Assembly (NCBI RefSeq): GCF_006345805.1
Contig: NC_043001.1
Coordinates: forward strand, 110,484,001 to 110,548,000
DNA from: Octopus sinensis
Taxonomy: Eukaryota
Direction: 5' to 3'
DNA length: 64,000 bases
Both the position numbers and the translations under genes were made by a program. The stretch's first letter is position 1, and each line of letters opens with the position of its first letter. The notes under the pieces were generated by a model that had not been told where the DNA came from, did no database searches, and saw nothing but the letters and a program-made list of their open reading frames with translations. Positions 38,251 through 53,197 of this stretch are shown here, in pieces.

Positions 38251-38362
38251 AATTACGCAATACTCAGTTACTCAGTTATATATCATGAGCAAAGATATTT
38301 ATATATATATATTGTGTGTGTGTGTGTGTGTTTAGATATATATAAATATATATGCATATATG

Positions 38363-38436
<74 letters not shown>

Positions 38437-38563
38437 AAAACTTACTTGGAGGAAAGAAACGAAACGACGCGAGGGCGCTCAGTCATATAATAATTTAATA
38501 AATAAAATATATGCATACATACATACATATATGTACGTACCTGCATCTATATGTATATATACA

Positions 38564-38601
<38 letters not shown>

Positions 38602-38607
<6 letters not shown>

Positions 38608-39168
38608 ATAAAGGGCATTATTACACATAAATGCCTCACACTAGGAGGGACAAAGTCATTACTACCAAAAATTATACTAATCATACCCAAAAGCAGTTTT
38701 TCAAAGCAAGACATTTAAAAATGAATTATGTTCTGTATCACCGTGATTTCACATACAACTTGCGTCTAATGATCGTCAGCAGAACTGATTCTGAATACAT
38801 CATAAATAAACCAACCTTATGTAGCGAAGACGAACAGACAACTGTTCACTCCGGCCAAGCACATGGAATGTTTATAAATCATATATCCGGATATATGATT
38901 TATAAACATTCCATGTGCTTGGCCGGAGTGAACAGTTGTCTGTTCGTCTTCGCTACATAAGGTTGGTTATTTATGATGTATTCAGAATCAGTTCTGCTGA
39001 CGATCATTAGACGCAAGTTGTATGTGAAATCACGGTGATACAGAACATAATTCATTTTTAATGTCTTGCTTTGAAAAACTGCTTTTGGGTATGATTAGTA
39101 TAATTTTGGGTAGTATGACTTTGTCCCTCCCTTGGGCATTTATGTGTAATAATGCCCTTTATACAATA
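38602..39168. repeat. Zero-spacer palindrome with ~285-bp arms
   Basis: Centre ATATATCC|GGATATAT at 38888/38889. The arms differ by three 1-nt indels, one substitution and one short outer indel cluster. Confidence 0.95.
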
Positions 39169-39300
39169 TAGATATAATTAATTTGTTCAAAAGAAAAAAA
39201 TTATTTTCGGATTCTTTTCTTTTATGAGGTTTTCACGCTAGCTACCCGATAATTTCTTGTTAAGATCCCTTATTAAGAGATTATCCTTAATTGTTAAACT

Positions 39301-39335
<35 letters not shown>

Positions 39336-39363
39336 TATATATACATCTATATGTATATATACA

Positions 39364-39407
<44 letters not shown>

Positions 39408-39611
39408 TACAGGACAGCAAAATAAACGTAGAACACAACGAGAAACGAAAACATAAAAACAAACTAGGAAACGGACTTTTTTTAACAACGAAAAAACAGA
39501 GTACAAGACAAACAATACAAGGAATATTCCCCTTCATCAGCTGTCCCTTGTTCGCTCAATGCGTGTTTCGAAGGTAAGGACAGTCCTTACCTGTCCTTAC
39601 CTTTTTATTCT

Positions 39612-41141
<1,530 letters not shown>

Positions 41142-41424
41142 AAAAGAAAAACCTGAAAAGCAAACATAGTGTTGTATGAATATATGTGTGAATATACGCA
41201 AGAATGTGTGTCCGAGCATGTATTAGTGTCTACATATATGAAAGAGATGTTGTTACGTATAGCTCCAGATAAAGCCCCATGCAAATGCTATTCCTATCTG
41301 AATAAATTTCAGCCATGACAGTTGAAGGACTTCATTATACAATGTGTCTTACGCACTACCGATGGAGATTTCATTTTTATATCTAGCATGAAGGAACCTT
41401 CATGACACCTAGGTGTGATATTTT

Positions 41425-41916
41425 CATCATCATCATCCTCATCATTATCCCCATCACCACCATCACCATCACCACCATCTCCACCATCACCACAATCACC
41501 ATCATCACCACCACCACCAGCATCACCGCCATCACCATCATCACCATCATCACAATCATCACAATCACCACTATCACCACCATCATCATCATCATCATCA
41601 TCACCATCACCACCATCACCACCACCACCATCACCATCATCACCACCACCACCATCACCGCCATCACCATCATCACCATCATCACCATCATCACAATCAT
41701 CACCATCACAACTATCACCACCATCATCATCATCATCATCATCACCATCACCACCATCACCACCATCACCATCATCATCACCACCATCTCCACCATCACC
41801 ACAATCACCATCATCACCACCATCACCATCACCACCATCACCACCATCACGACCATCACCACCACCACCATCACCATCATCACCATCACCATCATCATCA
41901 CCATCATCACCATCAC

Positions 41917-41958
<42 letters not shown>

Positions 41959-41998
41959 TATCATCATCATCATCATTATCATCGTTATTATTATTATT
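41425..41998. repeat. (CAT/CAC)n cryptic triplet tract with internal higher-order duplications
   Basis: Read directly; ctccaccatcaccacaatcaccatcatcaccac occurs at about 41480 and 41789. Confidence 0.95.
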
Positions 41999-42347
41999 GG
42001 CAAGCAAGTTAATTTAATGCGTAGGAATGTTATCTCTAAATTTGGTTTTCAACAAATCTTCTGAAAACTTAAGAATATTTCTCAAAAGTACCATGCTTTA
42101 TTCTTGCAGAATATAATTGGTACGTTCCTGTATGTCGAAAATGCGAGCCTCAATTCTAATAATTCTACTTCTTTAGTTAGCATTTTGGGTTTCGTACCAA
42201 GTGCACCAATTGCAAAAGGAATAACTGTTGTTTAGTCTTCCACTGTGTCTTCACATCTCTTACTAGATGAGATGTTTCTCAATTTTTTAAATTATATTTA
42301 ATATAATATAATATATTATATATATTATATAATATATATTATATGTA

Positions 42348-42397
<50 letters not shown>

Positions 42398-42401
<4 letters not shown>

Positions 42402-42720
42402 TGAAGCGGAAACGATATAATGTTTTCAATTCAGTTAGAATAGTGTTTTACATACAGGTGCCTTTACAAGATTATTTCTCTTAGTTTTAATTCTTTTCTT
42501 TTTAAGAAATGCATCAAATATAGGACACAAAGTCGTATTAAGATTTATTACAAGTGCCGAATGAGGAAAGAAAACAAATAAATACTTAATTGAAATAGAG
42601 AGAGAAAAAAATTAAATCTCCTCACGATATGGGGCCTGGTTGAGAACTTCTGTTTTAAAAACATCTACCTTGTGTACAGAAACGAGCAGGTTATAAATGT
42701 AAGCGATTGAAATATATTAG

Positions 42721-42723
<3 letters not shown>
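42398..42723 (+). repeat. Two-donor local duplication
   Basis: 42398-42627 copies 40452-40682; 42625-42723 copies 48240-48338. Confidence 0.9.
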
Positions 42724-42753
<30 letters not shown>

Positions 42754-42956
42754 TAAAATTATATATCGCAAACTCTTTGATTTTACATCGTTTAATTTAT
42801 TTTTCCTCAAGCAGAATATTTGGTACGCCGACCAAAATGCTGAGGGGCATTTCGTCCATGTTTCCTTCAATTCCAAGTGAAGTCGCTACAACTTACTTTT
42901 GAAGCCTTCTTTCAATAGTTAGATGTCAGTTTATTTGGAAATAACCCATGCAATTA

Positions 42957-43109
42957 TGGCTCTGTGGTAAGTAGCTTGCTTACCAACCACATGGTTCCGG
43001 GTTCAGTCCCACTGCGTGGCACCTTGGGCAACTGTCTTCTACTATAGCCTCGGGCCGACCAAAGCCTTGTGAGTGGATTTGGTAGACGGAAACTGAAAGA
43101 AGCCCGTCG

Positions 43110-43168
<59 letters not shown>

Positions 43169-43375
43169 TTGTGTGTCTGTGTTTGTCCCCCTAACATTGT
43201 TTGACAACCGATGCTGGTGTGTTTATGTCCCCGTTACTTAGCGGTTCGGCAAAATAGACCGATAGACTAAGTACTGGGCTTACAAAAGAATATGTCCCAG
43301 GATTGAGTTGCTCGATTAAAGGCGGTGCTCCAGCATGGCCGCAGTCAAAATGACTGAAACAAGGAAAAAAAGAAA
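42957..43375 (+). mobile_element. SINE-B
   Basis: Match to SINE-B from head to tail. Confidence 0.92.
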
Positions 43376-43490
43376 AAAAAAAGAGTTGATAGTAACACAG
43401 GCAAGATTTCACAGCTCCAGCCTCCCTCCTTCATAGTCCGTTCATACTCCCGCCTGTGAATATTCAGCCCTCTCTCATATGAAGATAAAA

Positions 43491-43813
43491 GGAACCCCTT
43501 CAGACATGAATGACCATGGGATTGCACCTAGAAAGTTACCCTCCGAGATAAAGTCCGGGCAAGGTTGTTTGTGGAAGGCCAGCAGTCGCCCATGCATACC
43601 AGCCTCTCCTCTCCACATCACTGATGTTATTCAAGGGAAAGGCAAAGGGACCAATACAGCTTGGCACCAGTGATGTCGCAACTCATTTCTACAGCTGAGT
43701 GAACTGGAGCAACCTGAAATAAAGTGTCTTGCCCAAGAACAAAACACGCAGCCTGTTTCGGGAATCGAACTCACAACCTCACGATCGTAAGCTCGACGCT
43801 CTAACCACTGAGC
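43491..43813 (-). mobile_element. SINE-D
   Basis: Reverse-complement match to 36700-37028. Confidence 0.9.
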
Positions 43814-43949
43814 TTTTAGAGATTGAGGTCATATACACAATCTCTAAAAGACGTCAGAGCAGACATAAGATCATTTTATACACAATTGTTCAAGTGTAAC
43901 TGATATAGAACTACAATATCGAAATCTACTCTAGTATTACCCCGTTAAG

Positions 43950-44150
43950 AAAGTGACGAGCTAGCAGATTCGTTAAGACGCTGGGAAATATGGTTAGTGA
44001 TGTTTCGTTCATCATAACGTTCTGAGTTCACGTTCCGCTGAGGTCAATTTCACCTTTCATTCCTTCGGGGTCGATAAAATAAATTCCAGTTGAACGTTGG
44101 GATCGTATTCTTTCCCTGAAATTAATGTACAAGTTCCAAATTTGAAACCA
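43950..44150 (+). mobile_element. Degenerate SINE-A
   Basis: acgttctgagttcacgttccgctgaggtca...ccttcggggtcgataaaataa. Confidence 0.75.
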
Positions 44151-44508
44151 GTAATACTCCGATAAAATAAGGAAAACATTAGAAAGATCGAATCGGTAAA
44201 ACGAAACTCAGTGACCTTTGAGCATGCCAAATACAATTGTCAGATCTAAGTTAAATCAAATCTACAGCACATTTGAAAAAAGAATGTTAGAATACAATGA
44301 AATGCATTGTTTTTAAACGCTTTATCTACAAACAATGATTAAACAATGACCTTTGTTCAAAGATCTATGTCATTCAGAAACGGTTCTGTGAATACTAGAA
44401 AAGCAGTTAAATATACATAATATCACACCTTTCCATCTTCAAAAATCAAGGAGAAATTAGTTAATAACCCTAGATAAGTTATGCCTACATAGAAAAGATG
44501 AGATATTC

Positions 44509-44744
44509 TATTTCTTTATTACCCACAAGGGGCTAAACATAGAGGAGACAAACAAGGACAGACAAACGGATTAAGTCGATCACATCGATTCAAGTGCGTA
44601 ACTGGTACTTAAATTATCAACCCCGAAAGGATGAAAGGCAAAGTCGACCTCGGCGGAATTTGAACTCAGGACGTAGCAGCAGACGAAATACTGCTAAGCC
44701 TTTCGCCCGGCGTGCTAACGTTTCTGCCAGCTGTCCGCCTTCTT
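44509..44744 (-). mobile_element. SINE-A monomer with a 21-bp TSD
   Basis: CATAGAAAAGATGAGATATTC at 44488-44508 and 44745-44765. Confidence 0.93.
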
Positions 44745-45665
44745 CATAGAAAAGATGAGATATTCATAGGTAGAGTTGGTCAGTGCGTGAAAGAAAGATT
44801 ACAATAATTTTACCACTATCAATTATTAGAGATCATAATTAAATTTATATTCGGAAATAGAATTTTAGCGAAAAAATAATTTAAGATAATTATATTTACA
44901 TTAATACATGAATTAGGATAGATATAATTTTTCTTATCTTGTTGTCGGATCTGATTAAGCAGACGTATCATCAATGGTGTGACTGGAGGAAATTTCAACG
45001 AATATTAATTGTTTCAAACAGCAGGACTAAAAACTAGGTTGAGAACGACATTTGTTTTTCAGCTAATAAAGAATCTACAGGAAACATACAAATAGGTTTC
45101 CAGCGTAAGGAAGAAGCGGACGTAAAAATGATTTTCATAGAAATTGATTAATGGGTTCTCTCTTCTATGTGACATTGACACGGTTAGGAATTGTAATTAT
45201 ATATGAATTTCAGCATTTAGTTCATACAAAGAGTGTTATGCATGCGCTGCATACAAACGCATTCTAAAAACATTTAAAAACATTTAAAAATTGCTTGTTA
45301 ACATAATATGTTACACTGGCAATTTGTGGAAGTGTTGGAATGCAAAAGTCATTGTTACTTCTCGTTATTTTGACATGAAACGTTATTCTAAATTTCCTAT
45401 ACGTATTGTCCTTTCTGGTTGCCGTGGACAAAATGTAAATTGATATGAGGAGATCTGACATACAGTGTGGTCATGTTTCTGCCATGCCTAATGTAATCAT
45501 TTAATTCTCGCGTATAGAAGCAAACATGCGTTGATACACATACACCCGCACATATACATATTTATGTATAATGAATTTAACTGCATATAAGATTATGTGT
45601 GTATGTGTATGTGTAAGTGTTTAGATATATATCTATGTGTATCGGTGCGTGTATGGATTGAAATG

Positions 45666-46078
45666 GCGAACTACAGTTAAGTCAAATAAGCAAATATATT
45701 CATTCATCATCAGATGCTTGCGTAGTATACTTAAAATTAGATGACCCGAACACATAAGCAATATGGAGCTATGGCAATGAACAAATCAAGTTTCCATTAG
45801 GGAGCAAATATTGAAGAAAAAGTGGAAGTAGATTGGTAGCACAATTAGAAAAGACACACCAAGTGTAGCGAAAAGTACTTTACAGTGGAAACCGGATGGA
45901 TACAGAAGGAGAGGTAGGCCTAAGAACTCGTGGCGTAGATCAACACTAAAGGAACTAGAGAAAGGGGACATTCATGGTAGAGTATAAGTACAAAAGCCAA
46001 ATATTATGCGACATGGAATTGAATTATAAGTGGCCTATACTCCGCGTTGGAGGGTTAAAGGCATAAAGAAGAAGACGA
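45666..46078 (+). mobile_element. RTE-clade LINE 3' fragment
   Basis: FIIRCLRSILKIR*PEHISNMELWQ*TNQVSIREQILKKKWK*IGSTIRK..LQWKPDGYRRRGRPKNSWRR is the characteristic RTE C-terminus; short (GAA)n tail. Confidence 0.88.
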
Positions 46079-47456
46079 ATATGTGTGCATGTGTATGCGT
46101 AAGTGCTTAGATATATATTTATGTGTATTGGTGCATATATGGATTGAAATGTCCCATTAATTTGAGGAAATATATAATACCACTTAAAGTATAATTTTTT
46201 CTTACTCGACACAACACAACTAAAAAATGGAATAATTTCAGGTTTTCTTTAAAGAAAAATTTCACTCCCATGATCTCTCTTCTCCCTCCCCTTTTCTTTA
46301 TCATCCTCTCCCCATTCTCTTTCTCTCTCTCTCTCTCTCTGCTTCGGCAATATCTCGAAGAAGGTGGTTCTTTTCCACTTACAGAAGTGAATGGAGTTTC
46401 AACCAGGCTGAACTGATGACATCAAATGATATTCAACGATCATCGGATGTTTCGACCCTGAATCCTTAAACTTCCGTTGACGGGTCAGCAGAGTTGGCCA
46501 AATCAAAACTCGCTGGCTCCTCCTGGCTTCCATCATAACTCCTATGTCTTTCTGAGGCTCTTTCTGTTCCCCTTCCCATCCTGCGCGCAACCAGCGTTCG
46601 CTTTTTTTCCTTTCATTCCAATGGCTGTAAGCATTTGCTATGTCACCTAACCCGGGAATCCCCTACAGCCAGCTTCGACTGGGAAAAGCTAAAAATTCTA
46701 TCCCTTCTCCCTGAATCCTCAGGAGGATTTGATACTGGAAATTCCACCTTTCGAAAGCCTGATCTAACCCTTCTTCCCACAGTCTGTGAGATAAATCAAG
46801 GTTATTTTCCTTACCTTTTCGGACCATAAGATTACAACTGAGCTCAAGTTTTGTAAACGACATGAGAAAAATTCACCCGTTTACCTCAATTTGAAAGAAA
46901 ATTACTGCTAGATTAATTATTATACAGTATGATAATAAGTATTCCTTGACCTATCTGCAAACATATTTATAGTATCTGTTTCTGTTTTCTGAAAAGTCGA
47001 TGATACTGTTAGAAATGAATCGAAATGTAATTTGTGCCTTGCACACCTGCTGCTATCACTACTCGTGGTGAGGATTACTGACGTCGAATATACATGGGTT
47101 TTTGATCTGTAAGCTCTGTTTACACATTTCTATCTATGTTTCACAGTATTAGACTTATTTTTAATAATGCGGAAGTAAAATCTGAGAAAATGTTCGACGA
47201 CGATTGATCACTAGTGTCTGGTATGTAACACGTTCATGTTTAATTATAGTTTTGTTTCTTATATGTGGATGAATATTAAATGGCGCCATGTTTTTGATAA
47301 GTATATAGGAATCTCATATTAAAAGAGAGACTGGGAGGGGTTAGTGCATTTTTTTGTTGTTGATGTTGTCGGTTAGCATATTATAGTAGTGGTATATTAA
47401 GTATAATTCTGCTAGTGCGCAGTACAAATATTTACCTTTAACTGAGTGAAAGACAT

Positions 47457-47858
47457 GTTCTCTTCTACACTAGGTACAAGGCAGGAAATTTTGGGGGAAG
47501 AAGTCTAGTAGATTAGATGGACCTCAGTACACAATCGGTACTTAATTTATCGACCCCGAAAGGATAACAAGCAAAGTCGACCTCGGCGGAATTTGAACTC
47601 AGAACGTAAAGACAGGCGAAATACCTATTTCTTTACTACCCACAAGGGGCTAAACACAGAGAGGACATAAACAAGGACAGACAAACGGATTAGGTTGATT
47701 ATATCGACCCCAGTGCGTAACTGGTACTTATTTAATCGACCCCGAACGGATGAAAGGCAAAGTCGACCTCGGCGGAATTTGAACTCAGAACGTAACGGCA
47801 GATCATTTTGCTAATCATTTTGCCCGGCGTGCTAACGTTTCTGCCAGATCACCGCCTT
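47457..47858 (-). mobile_element. SINE-A dimer
   Basis: Two SINE-A units; GAAAGACAT on both flanks (47448-47456, 47864-47872). Confidence 0.9.
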
Positions 47859-47997
47859 TAAGGGAAAGACATATTACTAACAGAATAAGTTACTCGTCCA
47901 AGGTAATATTTCAGTATCATTAATGCAAAATTGATACCGCGTAATTAGTTCAATAAAGCGTCCTATATTTTTTATTGTTTAAACCATTCTTTTTTTA

Positions 47998-48058
47998 CTT
48001 AGGAACGCCTTTGATTCTTAGGAACGCCTTTGATTCTTAGGAACGCCTTTGATTCTTA
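47998..48058. repeat. Perfect 19-bp tandem triplication (AGGAACGCCTTTGATTCTT)3
   Basis: Read directly. Confidence 0.95.
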
Positions 48059-49007
48059 TATTTATCCTACTGAACCCCCGTGGCCATATGATGTTTAAAA
48101 AAGGATCCTATTCTATTTTTAATAATTTAATATCATTAGGAATTGCACTTAAAATTGTTAGAATTTATTGTGTATTGCACAAGTATAAGTAAGTTATTGC
48201 ACATACATTTAAAAAAATAGTATATGGACCCCAGAAAGGCGATATGGGCCCTGGTTGAGAACTTCTGTTTTAAAAACATCTACCTTGTGTACAGAAACGA
48301 GCAGGTTATAAATGTAAGCGATTGGAATATATTAGATAATATCTCTGGCAAGAGTAATCGTAGATTTTTCTCTAGAGTTCGAGTTTTAAGATTCCACCGA
48401 TTGTTTTATTCACAATCAAATGAAAATATTGGTAATTAATACAACTGAACTCGGAGACATTCAAATTGTTCTTATGCAATTACAAAGTCAAGAAAAGTAA
48501 GCATTGTGATGGGGAGTATATTGTATGAGGGGCACTTAACTGCTTTTACTAGGAAATACTTCATTGGCTTGCTAACGAAGTTAGTTTACATCATTTGCAC
48601 ACTCACAGTTCACTATAATAGTCCGTGAAACTAATAACTGAATCTGAAAGAGCTTAAATGTTGAAGCTGGGTTAATTATACGTAGATGTTTCTCTTTGTA
48701 TTTAATCATTTCATTTTATATGAGCATATCTGAAATAAACTCGACAGTTCTCACAAACGAGAATACGAAAAATGAACTCGACTGCTCTAAAAAATTAAGT
48801 AAAACAACAAGAAAAATAATCCAGATCCTTGTCCGGATCTACACAGTTCATGCCAGTCATGAGGCTAAACATCCTAAAAGTTTCATCCGAATCCATTCAT
48901 CGATTCTTGAGATATCTTCTCCACAGACAAACGAAAACAGAAACAAACAAACAAAACTGAACATTATAATTCCGCCTTAGCGAAAGTGGAAGTAATAATG
49001 TCCATCA

Positions 49008-49220
49008 TACGGAGGTGTTCTGAAATGTTCCTGGCTTTGTGTAAAAAACAACATACTGGAGGATTAGTTAGATATGATTTTATTCAACATATTCCCCTTT
49101 TAGATTCATATTTATCGCAGCGGTTCTTCTCAGTACCGTAATAAAAATTGTAAGGTTGGGCCACCAACTAGGCCTTTCGCGATAGCCTTAAGGACGGGTA
49201 CTTCTCAGCACCCTTTCCTA
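49008..49220. mobile_element. Mariner-derived MITE
   Basis: Left TACGGAGGTGTTCTGAAATGTTCC and right reverse complement TAGGAAAGGGTGCTGAGAAGTACC resemble a TA-flanked mariner-type TIR. Confidence 0.55.
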
Positions 49221-49598
49221 TTTCAGTAGTAAGTAAAACAAGATAAATATAATAAATATTAGAAAAAATACAAAAGATAAAACATTGTTCAAACAGCAAA
49301 TGTGTAATACATAGAATGATGCACTCATTCGCCATTTCGCAGTCATTGCTTACATTTCTTTCAATGTCGCCATTCTCGTTTCTCGTTTACTTCGTACTGC
49401 ACCGGTTTCTTGCAAACACTTAAAAAGAACAAAAAATAATACCAAAGAAAGGTGTCTCGCACTTGCTACACCTCTCTCTCACCCACACGCTTTCTTCTTA
49501 TATTTCTTCGACACAAACGATCACAAGACTTTAACACAAACACACATCAATATGCACACACTTTCATACATACATATATACACATACATGTACATATA

Positions 49599-49706
<108 letters not shown>

Positions 49707-50234
49707 GTATCTATACATTACACTGTCTCTCTCTCCTTGAATATATATATATATATTATATATATATATATTATATATATATATATATATGTATGTATAT
49801 ATATATATATAATATATATATATTATATATATATAATATATATATACGCACACGCGTGCACTTATATATGAGTTGGTTTTTATGTATGTATGTGTACAAA
49901 TTTAGTTGTGGGTGTATATGTACGTAAATACGATTGTTAATTTTTTTATCGTCTCAGAGGGACTGTTCTATAACAGTGGGAAAAATCTCACACAAAAAGT
50001 CTCTCGATAATAACTAAGCCATTTCAAATGTTCCATCAACAATTTCCTCATTTCTTTTAATACCCAATCAACAGTATGGCATTGATATTGGATATATGTT
50101 CAGTGTCGCCTTAACGGAAATTTAAAATGTCTGTCGGTTTTGTTGTTCACCGAGATTTCTAAAGTGCTTTCAAGCCTTTTACTTCTGCTGCGGTATGCGA
50201 CATTTCACATATATACATACGTATGTATGCATAC

Positions 50235-50267
<33 letters not shown>

Positions 50268-50285
50268 TGTATGTATGTATGTATG

Positions 50286-50318
<33 letters not shown>

Positions 50319-50884
50319 CCGTATGTATGTATATCTATCTGTATATATATATATATATATTCACAAACGTGTGTATATGTATATATATCTATACGTATAT
50401 ACCTGCATATATGCGCACATACACACCCACAAACACAATGTATATGTATTATTCTTCAATTCCTTTCAATGTCTTTACTGCTTTCTGTAATATTACAATT
50501 TGCAATATCATATATGAAATATTTTTCATGTACACACATATGTGTATATGCATACATACATATATATATATACATTGGGAAAGTTTAAGAAAAACACAAA
50601 AGATGAAGGCAGGTGGTGTACAAAACAAACAGATGTATTAGTATAACGCTCAGGAATAGAAAAAGTATTTTACGTTTGGACAGAAAGGTACACTGAAAAA
50701 AAAACAAGGAGAGAGACAAGGAGAGTAAAAATGTGTGTAGTGGCTAACGATCTATCATGGCGACTGATATATATATATATATAATATATATATATATATA
50801 TACATACGTTTTCGTTGCGAATAGTTTTGTTATATATGTGTATTTTAGTTATATATATGATGCATTGATGCATACACATGTATG

Positions 50885-50955
<71 letters not shown>

Positions 50956-51599
50956 ACAGATCCACACACACTGACATACACACATTTTCGCGTGTCATTC
51001 TTCAAACACTACTTCCTCTATAGACAAATGAAAATGTGACACAATATGAAAATTGTTTCCTTTTTTACACTGCGGCAACATTCATGATGATCATATTGAA
51101 AACAAACATTACTTATTAAATGTTTAAGTTTTATCCTTCCATACACCAACTTTTGCAAAGCCGAATTCTGCCATGATATCGAATCGTACATAAATATACA
51201 GGAGGAAAACATGAAGACACATTCAACGTACAGATTTCCTATATACGTTTGTCTTATTTTTAATTGTAGTAATTTAAATTATTTAGATATATAAAAATGG
51301 CACTGTTTTTTTTAATGTCTTACATTGCGAATTTTATATAAGTATTTATTCTGATATATTATTTTAATTTAAACTCTATATACATTTCGTTTTTGGATTT
51401 GGTTTGCAAGATTCTTTATATGAGTTCGTGTGTTGAAGCATATTCTGTTGTGTTTGAGCAAAGTCATTTTCTTTTTGTGTCTTATAATTTAACACACTCA
51501 CCCGAAAAATTTCCACTTATTTCTTAGCCATATTGAGATGGCTTACTTTACATTGTCGAGCGGTTACTGTTTACATCTCATTCAGAGATTTAATAATGC

Positions 51600-51892
51600 T
51601 TGCAGACAGTCTTTCGAAATCAGTGACGGACGTTACTAGAAAAACACATATATTTGCATACAGGCCTTCCCTTTCATCGTAATCTGGTGATTACCGCCCG
51701 TTGACAAAAGGCAACAACCTCGAAACTGCAGCCCGTGCGTATCACTTAGGCTTACGAGAAAGGGATGGCCTCCCTTTGCAAATACCATTAGGGCACAGAT
51801 ATTGTGCCTAAAGCCAGCTGGAGACGATGATCTCCTGGGGCTAAAAGCTACAGTAACACCCACCCATTGTGGTTAGCCATATTGAGATGGCT
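51600..51892 (+). mobile_element. Repeat family F, long copy, flanked by ~75-bp direct repeats
   Basis: Homology to 19700-19945; direct repeats at 51524-51597 and 51873-51950. Confidence 0.7.
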
Positions 51893-52957
51893 ATTATACT
51901 TTACATTGTCGAGCGGTTACTGTTTACATCTTGTTCAGAGATTTAATAATTCTTAATTTTTATTTTCCTAAAATTTTCGTTGCGTCTAGCAACCTTTTCA
52001 ATAGTTTTGTGTGTGTCCGTTATTTACACTGCGTACACTTTTGTTTGTTTGTGCGCATGTATGTGGGTCAGTGTGTGTGTGTGTGTGTGTGTGAGAGCCT
52101 GTGTGTGTGCGTGTGTGTGTATGTGTGTGTGTGCCTATACATGCATGCATGTACGTATGTATGTATGTGGGTGTTTGCATGTATACGTATGTAAAAGGCA
52201 CAAAAAGAAAATGACTCTCTATACATTGTTACCTTAAAATAAACGATCTGGAAATTTTTCCAAATAATTTCTCTGTATGAATAGCAAGAGTCTACATGTT
52301 TTTGAAGTGCTCTGTGATAGAAATTTCCTACTGTTCAAGAAATCTGTATAGATGAAATCTACTTTCTTTCACATTTGGTTTGCAAATTTTGAATACACTT
52401 TGATAATAGTTTAAAAGAATCCTTACGGATTATTTCGCAGAATACATTATTATCTTTCTGTTATTAATTATTTTTTCTAAATGCATTGCTAATTAATCTG
52501 CAAACCATTCCAGCTTGAAATTTATCTTTCCATTCCACAATTGTAAGCAGTTTTAGAATATAAATTCCTTATAACAAAAGTTCCCATATGTATTATTGAA
52601 TTGCATGTTTCTGGGAGGTTACTGAACATATTATAGGTCAGATCATTCCATGTAAAACTGATACCTGTTTCAGCATTTGATTCAGTAAGACGGTTAAGAG
52701 GATTTAATGTTGAATCAAGTAATAACGGTCTTAATTATAAATGATTTAGTGGTAAAGCATTAATAGATATAGCTGTGCTCCTGGCAAGCCTCTTTTATTA
52801 TCAGGGATTTGGGAATTATCGGTAAGCACAAAATAACTAACAAGATTTATCCATAAATAAGTTATATAATCAGATTCTTTATCCATTGAGCGTTATGTGT
52901 ACAATTGCTAATACCCCAAAGATTCGCCGTAATTTTCAGTTAGTCATTGTTATTTAA

Positions 52958-53197
52958 AGTGGAGGCGCGTGGATTAATGTTTAGGGTGTCAGCATCATAA
53001 TCGTAAGATTGTGGTTTCGATTCCTGGACTGGGCGACGCGTTGTGTTCTTGAGCAAAACACTTCATTTCACTTTGCTCCTGTCCACTCAGCTGGCAAAAA
53101 TGAGTAATGCGGCGATGGACTGGCGTCTCGTCCAGCTGGGGAACACATGCGCCATTGAAACCGGGAACCTGGATAGGCTTTAAAAGGGCGCATTTAT
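52958..53197 (+). mobile_element. SINE-E
   Basis: gtggaggcgcgtgg head, ttcgattcctgg B box, matches 16938-17160. Confidence 0.88.

Noticed and set aside
41309-42064. Four 200+ aa ORFs (poly-D/G, M/V, T/I, S/P)
   Set aside because: Read-through of a CAT/CAC triplet repeat; no domain, and open in both directions.
46410-46460. CTGATGA followed by a CATC...GATG stem
   Set aside because: Followed by TTTC rather than GAAA; no stem III or stem I. Likewise CTGATGA at 9354 and CTGAAGA at about 17160 lack the required stems.
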